From Podarcis bocagei (Eukaryota), in NCBI GenBank assembly GCA_964188305.1, contig OZ076889.1: a stretch of 64,000 nucleotides of DNA. The stretch is one strand, 5' to 3'. Within the stretch, counting starts at the first letter, position 1. Every line of letters starts with the position of its first letter. Position numbers and translations under genes: made by a program. Under the pieces are notes generated by a model. It was not told the origin of the DNA and did not search any database. It saw only the letters and a list, made by a program, of their open reading frames with translations. This document shows, one piece after another, positions 14,200-27,453 of the stretch.

Positions 14200-15085
14200 A
14201 CAAAATACATAATAAAATAAAAAGAAAGATAAATCAGTAACTCCACCCCCAGCACATATAAGAGGTCATAGAATGGTTAATCAGTCCAAGGCTTGCTTAT
14301 AGAGAAATGTTTTCACCTGGCACCTAACTATATGTAATGAAGGTGTCAGGTGAGCCTCCCCGAGGAGAGCATCCCAGAAACAGGAAGCCACCACAGAAAA
14401 GTCCCACCCCTCATGTTGCCACCTCTGGACCTCACGTGGAGGGTGCACACAAAAAAGGGCCTCAGATGATGATCACAGGGTCTGGGTCAGTTCATACAGG
14501 AAGAGGTGGTCCCAGAGGTATTGCAGTCCCAAGCCATTTAAGGCTTTATATAGGTCAAAATCAGCACTTGTTGGTCCCAGGAACTAATTGGTAGCCAGCA
14601 CAGCTGGGCCAAGGGACGCGGGTGGTGCTGTGGGTTAAACCCCAGAGCCTAGGACTTGTGGATCAGAAGGTTGGCGATTCGAATCCCCGTGAAGGTGTGA
14701 GCTCCCGTTGCTCGGTCCCTGCTCCTGCCAACCTAGCGGTTCGAAAGCACGTCAAAGTGCAAGTAGATAAATAGGTACTGCTCCAGCAGGAAGGTAAATG
14801 GTGTTTCTGTGCGCTGCTCTGGTTCGCTACAAGTGGCTTAGTCATGCTGACCACATGACCCGGAAGTGGTACGCTGGCTCCCTCGGCCAATAAAGCGAGA
14901 TGAGCACCGCAATCCCAGAGTCGTCCACGACGGACCTAATGGTCGGGGGTCTCTTTACCTTTATCTTTACAGTTGGGCCAGGATCGGTGTAATATGCTCA
15001 AAGCTTCTTGCCCCAGTGAACAACTTGGCTACCAGATTCTGTGGAGCCAGCTGAAGTTTCCAAACCATCTTCAGAGGCAGGCCAA
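14200..15085 (-). mobile_element. L2 LINE 3' fragment interrupted by a Sauria SINE
   Basis: Degenerate ORF2 C-terminal sequence (ccatttaaggctttataggtcaaaatcagcac) continues on both sides of the SINE. Confidence 0.8.
14613..14968 (+). mobile_element. Full-length Sauria SINE
   Basis: tRNA-like head gggacgcgggtggtgctgtgg; B-box-like gattcgaatcc; tail tttacctttatcttt; 12-bp TSD acagctgggcca / acagttgggcca at 14600-14611 and 14969-14980. Confidence 0.95.
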
Positions 15086-15089
15086 TGTA

Positions 15090-15250
15090 TAGTAAGGCAA
15101 ACGCTTAGGATGCAGAAGATCCCAGGTTTAATCCCAAGGACTTCCAGTTAAAATGGGTCATTGGCCATACCCCCTCCCTTTGCTTGAGACCAAAGGAGGC
15201 TATGCTGGGCATTGTGGACAAGTAGCCTCTCCTGGTATGAGGCAGCTTCT
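15090..15250 (+). mobile_element. Degenerate tRNA-derived squamate SINE (Squam3-like)
   Basis: atgcagaagatcccaggtttaatccc head and tatgaggcagcttc tail; similar copy at 50160-50312. Confidence 0.55.
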
Positions 15251-17044
15251 CCCCCTCCCCCAAAAAACGAAGCAAAATGTCTGATGTAAACATGCACATT
15301 CACTGCCTTTGAGAAGTGAGAGTTGGGGGGTGGTGGCATGGATCAACCCTGGTACTTTTGGAGGGGATCATTTCACTCCAAAAGGCACACACATGCAACC
15401 ACTCATGTAAAAATTTTCTTACGTTCTCCCCACCCCCTTGTGCTCTGAATTTGCAGCAGAACTCTTACGAACACATAAATAAAGAAGCTGCCGAATCTTC
15501 ATATTTAATTCTAAAAACCTCTGCCTCTTATTAAGTCACCAGAGATAGCTCCCACATTGTTTCTAACAGAAGGCAATTTAGGCTTTCTCCGCCCCCTCCC
15601 CCGCTACCCCACACACTTTTTTATGTTTTGAAAATGTTGCCCACCATGCTGGGTAGAAGAGCCTTGTTAATTGCTTCGTTAAGGGGGGGGAATCAAACCC
15701 CCAACAAATTTATGTCTGTTTTAATGGGTTCAATTTTCTTTTAAGATTTCCTTATAAAAATGTTGCAGCGCTCCAAAATCAAATAAATTAGCCAAAGAGC
15801 TGATTCAATGCTCTGTTCCAGCAGCAGTAAAAGAAAAAAAAGGGGGGGGACTAAATCCCTCCAGACTTTGCCTCGGCAAGATGAAGTGTATAGAAAATAT
15901 GTGTACATAAGAGAGAGTGCGAGGTGGCATTTAAATAAAAAGAAAAGAGGGAAAGACATTATTACCTGTACTCTCAAAGCCATCCTTCTCCAACCGTCTC
16001 GTCTGATTCTACAGGTTTAGAATATCAAAGTACTGAAATTTTAAATCGGGAGAATAAAGCTTGAAACATTGGTAAAGACAGCTGAGATTATGCTGTAATC
16101 GCCTTCTGCTTTCTATCACTATCTTTAAAGGACCCATAATATTAGGTATGGGATTTGAATGTTTTAAAAACACATAAAGTCTTTCAGAAGCCTACAGTAA
16201 TGGCTCTTTCTTCTCATTTTCTTTCGTTACCATGAAGCAGGGTACGGCAATTATTAAAAATATTGGCAGCTCCTAGCTGCAAAAAGCAGATAATAAGTAT
16301 GGTATTCCCGACACAAAGGTACACACAGAAATATTGCTAAAATACAGTTATAGAAGCATGAAGTTAGAACAATATGCTTTCTCTCAGGCATAAAATTCTG
16401 CTTCCGAGTGCTTTCCTCCTTGCAGACGAAAGTGAAGGTGTTGGGTTTTTTTAGTAACGATGAAGCCACGAGCCAAATGGTCTGTGGATCTGAGCATGCA
16501 CACACTGTCCAGCTCCGTGGTAGGAAAAAGGGAAGGCACACATTGAAAAGCTCTTAAATATAATGAAATGTCCCTTTTCATACAAGCCGCCCTTCTGTCA
16601 ACAACTCTGAACCAAAGCTGTAATACTGCTCTCCTTCAGATTTTTATCATTTCACATTCTTTGTGCAAGATCCCAATAATCCAGAAAGCTTGAGAGAGGG
16701 AAGCAACTTCATATGTTATGTTGAACACATGTAGAGGGAAAAGTGGAACCATGTTCTAGTCCTAGACTTTCTTGTGTTTGGCATAACCTGAGAAAGCGCC
16801 ACATTGTCTACAACTGCACATGACAAGGGACTATGCTTATTCAACAGTCCATGGTGCTTGTAGGTCCCTTCAGAGGTTATGCAAAATGCAAAGTTGGGAT
16901 CAGAAGGCCCTGTCGAAATCTCTTTCCTACATATAAGTGGTCTCAAAACGTGAAGTGAAATGGCCTGGCTTGGGCAGAAGAATAAAGGGTGTTTACAGAT
17001 TGTCACTAGGCAAATACGTTAAACAAGAGGACATAACCATGTTT

Positions 17045-17590
17045 TAAAAATTTATTTGGAAGCATTTCTAGACCCCTTAGTATTTAAAAATATCTAAGTG
17101 GTAGACAAAGATGGCAAATAATAATAATAAACAGCATCATAAACACTGTAAAATAGCATTATAGAAATAGGAAAAGATAAGAAGAATTTCTGAAAGAACA
17201 GGACAGGATCCAATCTTATGGCTGAAAGAAAGGCTGGGCAAACAGATATGTCTACAGAAGTTATCTGAAGCAACTAATGGTGGGTTTTTTATATGGCAGA
17301 GTGAAGGACATTCCACAGTTCATGAGCAATGGCAGAAAATGGTCATTTTCAGGTCACTACCCTGCAAAGTGCAGTTCTACATGGGGGGGGGGGAGTCTCC
17401 AGATGATCTAAGTGGTCTGTAGAGGGACAGAAGGTCTTTCAGGTAAGCTGGGTTGAAGTCGCCCAGGGTTTTATCTATTAGTAAGTAACAAGACCTTGAA
17501 CATGGCCTGGAATGAGACAATGGTTTCCCACAGATCAAGAGACTCATTATATTGGGCAAAACAGACAAGGATCCTGAATAACCTCCTTAT
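17045..17590 (-). mobile_element. Old L2 LINE 3' fragment
   Basis: ORF 17377..17568 contains PAYLKDLLSLYRPLRSS, matching the L2 ORF2 C-terminus; A-rich tail to the left. Confidence 0.75.
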
Positions 17591-18323
17591 AACATTCCGG
17601 GAAATGCATCCTCCTGCCTCCCCGCCTGGAGGTGTGGCATAAGTGACTGGTACAAACAGTAGTGTTTCATCTGCTAACAGGACAGACACAATGCAATGAA
17701 TCTGTGTTACTATTCCTCCTCCAATGAAGTAGAAATATCAATTGTCAGCCCAGATAAAGGGAAACAAGCTGACTTCTGGCATGGAGGCATCAATCTGTCT
17801 CTTCCCAACATACCAATATTGTGACCAATGAAATTTGTTGTTGTTCCCAATAACATGCAACCTCTGTAAGATGACATTTCTCAGAACACTGTTGGCAGTG
17901 ACAGCTAATTAGTGTTTTACGATTCAGCGACAATGTCATTTCTGAATGTATTGCTGTCCAAATTAATGAGTTAACATAGCGGCTCCTAGAGGAGGAATCT
18001 AAGCAATGACAGTTAGGTAGCCAAACAAGTATCAGATTGATGACACGCTTGTTGACATTGTATTTCGAAGTACCTAGCATTTCTTATCAGCCCAGCTCAT
18101 TCTTGGCACACCAAATAAACAAGGTTTGAAAAGCTCTGAAATTTGTCTGCCATGGTCATTGTAGGTATTGCACTAAGATCTGTCCCAGAGTAGTATCTGG
18201 GGGAGTGGAGAAATGACCAGGTTTAAAAAAGTTTCTTATATATATATATATATTGAAATTATTATAATTAGGAATTTAACATAGGCTAAGCTGATTGCCC
18301 TGTTAGTGCAAGCATTTCTGATG

Positions 18324-18653
18324 CATATCTTCCAACATTTCTGCAATGAAAATAGCGACGCCCCATTCCATAATGATAATTTTACTATTTAGACACACCC
18401 ACCTTGCTGGGTTGCCCTCGCCACTCTGAACAGCTTCCATCATTTAAAAGAACATAATAAAACATGAAACATTTTTAAAAAAAACACCTTCCCTATACAG
18501 GATTGCCATCAGACGGCTCAGGGTCGGATAACTCCATACCCTCCAGCATTTCTCCAATGAAGATAGGGACATCCTAAGGAAAAGTGGGACATTCTGGGGT
18601 GGCTTCTCTAAATCAGGAACATCCTTGGAAAATAGGGACACTTGGAGGATCTG
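18324..18653. mobile_element. Composite non-autonomous DNA transposon (hAT-like) containing an L2 3' tail
   Basis: TIRs catatcttccaa / ttggaggatctg (10/12); 6-bp direct repeat ctgatg on both sides; terminal motif repeated internally at 18535. Confidence 0.6.
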
Positions 18654-19494
18654 CTGATGGAACCATCTGCCTTCTCACCTCCCTTGTGCTGCTCTGGGGT
18701 TTCTCCTGACATGCACCCCCCTGAACCAATATGAGGTGTGTGTGGATAAGGGAAAGCCCCACCAAGCTAGCAGCAATCCTTGCATGGGATTCTGCTGTCA
18801 GGGTCCATTTCTTGAATCCCACCTATTATTATGATTATTACTGCTACTGTTTAAATGATTATATGCCGTAATTATTATTTCATTTTTATTTATGCACCAC
18901 CTTTTACATGTGATTTACAATTAACCATTTAGAAAGAGGACTTCATAATTAGTATACTGCTTACTGTTCTAGAACATCATTATTCAAATACATGCTTTGA
19001 GGGATTCTACTCTTGATGAAACTCCTTTTCGTCGCTGTCATTGAACCAGAATATCTTACCAAGCACATATTTGTTTGGCAAGTTCCTCCTTTCTTTAGTT
19101 CAATCAATTCTCTTGACGATTTTTTGCAAATATTTTACATAGTTTTTTATCCCTCATCCTGGTCTTTTTGTAAAAGTGTGCATGTGTTCCCAGTGTTTTT
19201 GTTTGAATGGATAGCTGAATTTCCAAATTGATCTTTATAACGGCTGCTACTGTGGGGAGAATGAAATGGAAGTGAAAGCAAAATACAATTCTCAGGGGGT
19301 TGGCAGTGTAGTAATCTGCATAAATATTGTACCATTAGCTCCAACATTATGAACTGGGATACAATTCTATTTAAAAAACAGAGCAGTATTCTTCAAATGC
19401 TCTACCAAGAAAGCCTACAAGGACCAAGCTGGTTCCAAAACAAACCCATCATCAGTGGTTCTGTTCCCCACCCCCACAATTTCTCAAAATAATT

Positions 19495-19770
19495 TCTCAG
19501 TTAAAAGTGTCTGTTTTAGCTTATAAAGCTTTACATGGTTTGGGACCCTATTATCTTAGACAACACTTCCTCCCATAAAAGCCTATCTGGAACCTGGGAT
19601 CATCTTCAATGGCTCTCCTCCAAGTTCCACTTGCAACAGAAGCTCAGAGGATGGTGACAAGAAAGAATGGTGACCTCCCTTGCATTGTGGGATGCTCTCC
19701 CCAAAGAAATACTCCTGGTGTCCACACTAGCATATTTTTAGCTCCAGGGGAAAACAATTCCCCAGGCTGT
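19495..19770 (+). mobile_element. Old L2 LINE 3' fragment (its tail probably resumes at ~20545-20640)
   Basis: ttataaagctttacatggtttgggaccc encodes YKALHGLGP, the L2 ORF2 C-terminal motif. Confidence 0.7.
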
Positions 19771-19942
19771 TAACATCCTATTGCCATTCCTGGGAGTTAT
19801 TTTTTAGCTAATGCATATCAATACAATTCCTGCTTACATAGTAGGGGGAGGTGAAGGCATGGGATTCTTGATTACTTTATTGACTCATTATATCATAACT
19901 TGCAATGTTTTAGAAGTTCATTGTGTTTTAATTTTACACACA

Positions 19943-19994
<52 letters not shown>

Positions 19995-20485
19995 TATTAT
20001 TTGTACCCCGCCCATCTGGCTGGGTTTCCCCAGCCACTCTGGGCGGCTTCCAACAAATATGAAAAATACACTAAAATGTCACATATTAAAAACTTCCCTG
20101 AACAGGGCTGCCTTCAGATGTCTTCTGAATGTCAGGTAGTTGTTTATCACTTTGACATCTGATGGGAGGGCATTCCACAGGGCGGGCGCCACTACCGAGA
20201 AGGCCCTCTGCCTGGTTCCCTGTAACTTGGCCTCTCGCAGTGAGGGAACCGCCAGAAGGTCCTCAGAGCTGGACCTCAGTGTTCGGGCAGAACGATGGGG
20301 GTGGAGACGCTCCTTCAGATATACTGGACCGAGGCCGTTTAGGGCTTTAAAGGTCAGCACCAACACTTTGAATTGTGCTCGGAAACGTACTGGGAGCCAA
20401 TGTAGGTCTTTTAAGACCGGTGTTATATGGTCTCGGCGGCTGCCCCCAGTCACCAGTCTAGCTGCCGCATTCTGGATTAGTTGTA

Positions 20486-20488
<3 letters not shown>
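19943..20488 (-). mobile_element. Young 5'-truncated L2 LINE with (AAT)n tail
   Basis: Uninterrupted ORF 20079..20453 (HITPVLKDLHWLPVRFRAQFKVLVLTFKALNGLGP...LWNALP) is the L2 ORF2 C-terminus; CpGs retained; tail at 19943-19991. Confidence 0.95.

Positions 20489-20543
<55 letters not shown>
20489..20543. repeat. (CT)n(CA)n compound microsatellite
   Basis: Direct observation. Confidence 0.97.
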
Positions 20544-22043
20544 GTATGGGCATTGTATCTCACTTTTTTTGTAAGTTGCCCTGTGGCTTTTTGTACACGT
20601 CACTGAACAAATAAAATAAAATAAAATAAAATAAATATATTGATCATAATGAATGCTTACTATGAACTTGCATTTTGCATCTCCTATATTGCATTAGTTT
20701 TCCGCCATTAAGGTTCTAATACTGTTTTTTCTGTCTGGTGATATTTGCTAATGCTTAAAAATAGAGAGCTTGCTCTTTCTTTCCATATATATTTTTTTTA
20801 AAAAAATCTTGTTACCATCTCAATTAGCATCCATCCTGGTTAAAATTGCATAACTGTAGCAGCAGAGAAAATGTTTGTTGCACCTAGTTGGTACATCTAA
20901 TACACCTTGTTTACACCTCATTAACAAGGTGTAACAAAGGTAAATTGATCAGGATTAGAATACATTAACCCTAAGTAGCTGAGTTCACACTTCAACTGAA
21001 GCTGAGTTTAGTGAACAATTCTTTAGAATATGTCTGCGCCTTCCCTTCTAATGCTACAAGTACTTATAGAGAATTCATAACATAACATTTTTAACAGGGA
21101 AATGTCACTGTAAGGTGAAAAGCTGCAGTAATTTCATAATTTCTCATTGCTTCCACATTATGGTTCTGTCAAAACTACCAGTTGCCTAAGGTAGTGGCTC
21201 TTTGGATTTCTGATGGGCAATGAAAACCATCAAAGTTGCTCTTTAACAGGCTGTATTTACAGGATGAGGAAAATACAGAACAAAGCAAAGGGAAACTGGC
21301 AACATCTTAAGGCCCCATCTGCCACCAGAGAATCCCTGGTAACACATTGAATGCCTCACAGGAAATGGGTGCAGAACCAGTGTAGACAGCAATTTCTGCT
21401 CTGAGATTCCCACTGGCTCTTAAGCTTTATATACTGTATGGGAGTGCTGATGACATTTGTTCAGCTTCCCATGACCTTGCCTAGGTTCATGTCTGGCAAG
21501 GTCAGCGGAGTAGTTCTAACAAATGGCAAGCTACAAAGGCCCGCGCTACTCTTAAAGTAGCAGCACTTAAAGTGCTATGCCAGTGTCTTATGAGTCACAC
21601 TGGGACCCAAATGGCCCTATCTCTAAATGACACATGGCCTTACCTCTTCCACTCCTTCAGTGAGGTGCCCTTTTATGTGGAAAGGGAAAAGGCCTACCTA
21701 AATAGTAGTTGTAACTTCCTGGGAGAAACCCAAGCCCTCTTTCCTACCTGACCCCTTCGCCTGCAGCATCACTGCATCTGCTCAGTAGCTACAGGATTTG
21801 GAGGCAGCTTTACATGCAGAAGACAGATTAGAACCAATCTAACTTCTCACATTTACGGATTGGGCAGAGAGAAGTGACCTTGGGCCCCCAACAGCTTTGT
21901 TAACTGCCAGTACTGCCTCAGAGTACTTTAAGGGTAAAGGCCAATTGTGTTGCTGAGTCAATCCTCGGAGCTAGCTTCAGGACACTTCTACAATGTGGAT
22001 AACAAGAGAGGGTGTCTTCTAGCTATCTGTTGAGTAGCATGTA

Positions 22044-22269
22044 CAGTGGTACCTCGGGTTATATACACTTCAGGTTACAGACTCCACTAACCCAGAAATA
22101 TTATCTCGGGTTAAGAACTTTGCTTCAGGATGAGAACAGAAATCATGCTCTGGCGGCATGGCAGCAGCAGGAGGCTCCATTAGCTAAAGTGATGCTTCAG
22201 GTTAAGAACAGTTTCAGGTTAAGAACGGACCTCCAGAACGAATTAAGTACTTAAACCGAGGTACCACTG
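22044..22269. mobile_element. Tc1/mariner-superfamily MITE
   Basis: TIRs cagtggtacctcgg / ccgaggtaccactg with TA on both sides. Confidence 0.92.
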
Positions 22270-22789
22270 TATACCCCCAAAGCTGTAAGGGCTTACATTG
22301 TGAAAGACACTAGTTTAAGACAATAGCTGAGAGCCAGTCAACAAAGGCTTGAACCTCCATTAAACCCACTTCTTGTGCCTCACATCTTTATTCTGAGGTT
22401 TGGAGAGCAAAGGGGCTTCCTGACTCTCATCCATGCCGCCATTGGGTCAATTTGTTTTACAAGACAGCACGTACCTACAAACTTGCAATTGATATTCCAT
22501 TGCTGGGAGTATTCTAGACATGGGTTCCGGATGCTGGGAGTACATGAACAACATCTGGGCAGCAGTGTGGCCCTATTCTGAAAACAGTTTTATTGCTAAG
22601 TCACACTCATATTCCTGGTTATTCATCTTTGAGAAAATGTGGACATGCATTCTCATTTTTCATGCTATGCATTAATGTAGTAATAGAAGCAGGGCTATGA
22701 GCCAGCCTGAGCTTTGGGGACCCTCGTGGTGCTCACAAGTTTTACTCATTGCTAAATTATGCATTGCTAGGATTTATTATCTTTGCAGC

Positions 22790-22970
22790 AATGGAAGCAA
22801 GCAGTATGCCTCTGAGTGCCAGTTGCAGGAATCACAAATGTGGGGAGTCCTGGTGTATTCAGGTCCTGCTTGCAAGCTTCCTTGGGCATCTGCTTGACCA
22901 CTGCAAGGATTGAATGCTGGTCTAGATGGGACTTTGCCCTGATCCACCAAGCCTCTTCTTATGTTCTTAT
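22790..22970 (+). mobile_element. CR1 LINE 3' UTR
   Basis: Ends ...ctagatgggactttgccctgatccacc...tcttatgttcttat, a squamate CR1-type tail. Confidence 0.75.
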
Positions 22971-24602
22971 CGATCTCAAATGAATCACACTACACTACCT
23001 GTAAGTGAGTAAAACATTATCTTTTTTTAAAAAAAATTTGATTGCTCCCACCAATCAATTATTTGTCACTGTGGAGGGAAAGAATAGAAAAAGAACACGG
23101 CAAAACCATTATGTCAATCAATAGACTCTTCTTTCACTGACAGGTGTGCTGCACATTGCAGTGATGTCTCCTTTGAAAGCAATGCTAAATCCTTGTCAGA
23201 AGATGTGGAATTTATTCATCTCTTCCTTTGTGGACTAATAACTTTTTTGTTGATTTGAAACATGTGTAGTTTCCACTTCTTCCTCAGTGTTTGAAATAAG
23301 TCGTGCCTAACCCAAGAGTCTGTGTTGCTTCATTTTTTCCTGATTTTTTATTTTATTTTTGCCCTCATCCTCCTACTTTCAAGATTTCAATTCTTCTGGC
23401 TCTGGCAAAGAAACCATTGCAGAAAAAAGTTCTTTCTTGAACTGATGACAGAAGCAAATTCTTATTCCTTTGTAGAAAACAGGAACATTTTGAAGACAGA
23501 CTTCTTTGTTCTTTGTTGAAGGAAGTTGGAATTCTCTACTTCTTAAACCATTAATCCACCCCCATTTTTACCTCTCTGAAGATGACTATTTCAGATAATG
23601 AGGCAGTGTACTTTGAAATTCTTTTAAACAATACCTTTTTCTCTGGCACTACATCCTAGTCATGTGATCATTTGCAGGATAGCTTGGCAATTTGTGGGTT
23701 TTTCTTTGTGACTATTTAGTCTCAATAAAAAAAATCAATATAAATAAACCTCATAAATCTTGTCATAAAACCCATCCCCCCCAGTGTGTACAGATACTCT
23801 ACATACATATATGCACAATGTGCCATTCATTTTTATTTGTACAGACACATATCACTATAAAGAAGGAAGAAGATGGCTTGGCCTCCTCCTGTGCCATTAA
23901 CATCCTCTTGGTTTGTAGAAATCAGCAGGTCCTGACCTGCACAGAACAGTGGACCAAGCTGCTCTTCAAGGCAATTTAAAACTGCAGATTTACTAGGCAG
24001 TATTTGGCTAGGGAGACCCACATGCAGAAACCAATGAAAGGACTTCCATGAGAGCAATGGGGTTTCCCCCCACTCTCCACCCCCGAACACCTCCCCAAAC
24101 TGGGGTCTTGGGACTGGAAGAACCCCTGGAACAGCGCATGGCATCATCAGGCAAGCAGACATTGTTTTTTTAAGAGATCTGTAAAGCACTACAGTACAAT
24201 GAATTATTTAGATGGTAACATATACTTAATTTACTATGAAATGTGACAAGCCAACCTCTGTTGCCTTCGGAGGCCTTGCTGTTCATTTTCCTGAGAGATC
24301 CCAACTGTCTTCCCCAAAGTCTTGCACTGTTGCACCACTGTCTAAAGGCACATGAGTAGAAGGCCCTAATCACAATCCTACAGAATTTCTTAAAGGCATT
24401 TCAGAAGTTGCAGTCCCGGTCGCAGGGCCCCCCACAGAAACACAACGTAGCTTAATTCAGATCTTGTGTGAACTAGCGGGCATGGGGGTAAAAATGAAAT
24501 ACCTTAAAGGCTGTGATTTTACACCCATGGACATGGCCCTACTAAACTGAATGGGGTGGTTGCTGGGTATGAGAGGTCTGGGGAGAGAGTTAGTATAAAA
24601 TG

Positions 24603-25093
24603 GCAGAGGTGTATAAATTATGACTGGTGGGAAGGAAGGCTGTACTAGGAGCTGGGGGTGTTCAATTAAGATGAATGTTCAGAACAGACAAAAGTCCCTC
24701 AAAGAGTACATATTTATGTAATTCACTGCCACACAATGTAGTGATGGCTCCCACTTTGGATGGCTTTATAGCGGGATTAGGCAAATCCATGGGGGATAAC
24801 GGAATAGCCATGAAAACTGTGTTCATCCAGCATTGGAGGCAGAATGCTTCTGATTGTCAAGTTGGTGGGAAAGATGGGTGGAAACATGGTGTGTGCTTGG
24901 GTCCTGTTGTGTGGGGGGGGGCATGCTATAGGCATCGATGGGAGTGTAAGTCGTTTTGGGTCACTCTGTGAGTAAAGCAGCTAACAAATATAAATCATCA
25001 TCATTATCACCATAATCTGGTTGGTCACAACTAAAACAGAATGCTAGACTAGATTAGCCTTTGATTTGATCCAGTGGAGCTCTTATGCTCTTA
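24603..25093 (+). mobile_element. CR1 LINE 3' fragment (with a small internal insertion)
   Basis: gaggtgtataaattatg, aattcactgccacacaatgtagtgatggct and ttggatggcttt match the CR1 ORF2 end; tail tcttatgctctta. Confidence 0.75.
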
Positions 25094-26223
25094 CACAATT
25101 TTCATCATTAGTAGCTCTGCATCATGATGAATTTTAACAAATCAAAGTTCTGTAATATAAGCCCGAAGGCATTATGCAGACTTCCAGAGAGGGCAACAGG
25201 GGTTCCTTCCATGTACTTTAAGACAATGCACATACACTAAGTGCTTCAGGGTAAATCACATTCCCATAAAATAGACATTTGCTACACTATATTGATTACT
25301 AGAATTCCATTCAAATGAAATCTATTGAAATTTTATCTGGTAATCAGTCCACACAATCTACTTTGTACAAAAAAAGATTTTTATTCCAGTTCAGACAGAT
25401 TACTAAATCTATGCTTGACTGGATTTTTTGTTCCCTTTCAGCAGACACCAGAGACAGATGAAAACTGAAAACCTACATCAGTGTAAGCAATTCCACACAA
25501 AAAGGCAGAGGCGTTTATAGCAGTTATAAGGAAAGGTTGTCAGCTAATTACAAATAATAATAACCCAGCAAAGCTTGTAGACACTTTTGCTTTCCATACT
25601 GCTTTGCTTATAATTAATGTGGATATAATAAAACAGCAAAGTCCACTTTAAAATAATCACAACTTTTCCTGCCCAAGCCTATATGTTTCACATTATTGCC
25701 CAAAGAACTTTAACAGTCACCAGACTGTGACACATGAGGAAGTGTGAACTTGCAGACCATTCCAGACTGTGAATTTCCCCACTTTATCGGCTACAGAAAT
25801 ATCTCTATTTACTGTGTGCTGTGAAAATCCAGCGCTCAATAATCTTGCCGTTTCCTAGCTTTTAAATGGTGTGGCATGGTCTCAACAATGATTGCTCTCT
25901 GCTGCCAGGAGCATGCAGGTTCAGCGTATCACAAGGATGTCAAGTAAGAGCAAGAGGCAGGATGAAATTTGGGAGCGTGGATGAAGTTATGCCACAACAT
26001 CTGTTTTCAATGCCTAGGTTCAGTCCTATGACAAAAGAAGAGGCGAAAGTCTTCCTGAGCAGATGTGGAGTGCATTTCCCTATAGAGGCCGAGACCTCCC
26101 ATATGTGATGTCAGAAATAAAGCATCCACCGTATGACTTCCAGGCTCTAGTCTATTTAGCATGATAGACATGCATTTCTGGATCAGTTTGAAGCCCTAGA
26201 CATTTGACTGCCTGAAGCAAAGG

Positions 26224-26755
26224 TCAAAAGGTACAAAAGGCAAGAGGCACATCTATTGATCTGCTCACTTCAGCCATCACTGATATGTGCCCCCCATCCC
26301 ATAAAGTTTCCCGTGATGCAGCATGGTAAACAAAAAAAGGTTCCTGACACTCCTGCACTAAAAGAGAGTGCAATGATTTCACTCTTTTGACAAACTGTTT
26401 GTATTGAAACAAGTTAGTTAAGAATGCCAAGGTATAACCTTATTCTGTTGACTAAGGTAACCACTGTATACTGTTGACAACCAGAGCAATTATCAGAAGA
26501 ATTAAAAATGTTTGTGGGTCACATAGCTAAAATGAGTTTCTACTTCTTTAGCTCTTCAGCTGCTACAATAGATTTCAGAAGATCATATCACATCTGCGCC
26601 AGCTGAGATTATGGACGTCTGTATGTATATGGATGTTTGCAAGCATTTTTTTATTTCAGAAAAGCACATTTGGGCATCTGTATTTATGCAGTCATTTCAT
26701 CTTGGAGAAAGCTTGAATGTCTGTCAATCTGCATTTGCAAGTGTAATCTCTGGGC
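26224..26755 (-). pseudogene. Decayed Mutator-like (MULE) transposase fragment with SWIM zinc finger
   Basis: 26748->26674 translates DYTCKCRLTDIQAFSKMK*LHKYRC; after a frameshift it reads KCAFLK*KNACKH, i.e. a CxC...CxH SWIM pattern. Confidence 0.5.
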
Positions 26756-27453
26756 TGGATCAGTGCTATAACAGCGGGTGAGCCAACTGTTTTTAAGTTG
26801 AATTTACATTTCTGGGACCATCTGATAGTGCAGACCAAGACTGTTTCCAATTACGTTTAAAACAGAAGCAGAAAAACAAGGTCCCAATATCCAGTTTGTG
26901 GATTGTAAGTTTTTTTAAAAAAATGAAGCCTGGAGCCTTCTGGAGAGTGTCAGCCATACTGCTATGTTCATAAACAAAGATGCCTTGCTTGCTTTTTAAA
27001 AAAGTCACACATTTCTTGACTCATGGTAAAGACAAAACAGCAGAGAAGTCCACAGAAAGGCAAGCAACCACTGGTTGAGATAGCCTGAGATGATAATTTT
27101 AGAATAGCAGATGTCAGTCTAGCTGCAACATTCTGAGAGCTTTGGATATATACTTATCTGCTTTAAAAGGCCTGTGGTTCTAAACCCTTGGAAGTTCTCC
27201 TCACAGCTCATACAAACAAGTTGGGACTAATTTCTGTCCCAAGTAGGTAAGAAACAGCTCTTCCGGTCTTCAACCCACCAACCAATGAGCATGCTGTGAA
27301 ACCCAAAAGTGGATTTTTACAACATGGGCATATTATTAGCTGTAGCAATATTAGGATCGCTTGCCTGGATAAAAGCTTGATACAAAAGCACCTGTCAATC
27401 TGGCCACAAGTCAATCAATTTCCTATTGAGGAAGTTTGTTGCTGGACTCCACA

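Noticed and set aside
14613-14690. tRNA gene
   Set aside because: The A/B boxes belong to the head of a Sauria SINE; there is no full cloverleaf.
17780-18160. Cys-rich minus-strand ORF as a MULE catalytic region
   Set aside because: No diagnostic motif survives in any single frame.
20079-20453. 124-aa ORF as a host gene
   Set aside because: It is the C-terminus of L2 ORF2 in a 5'-truncated copy.
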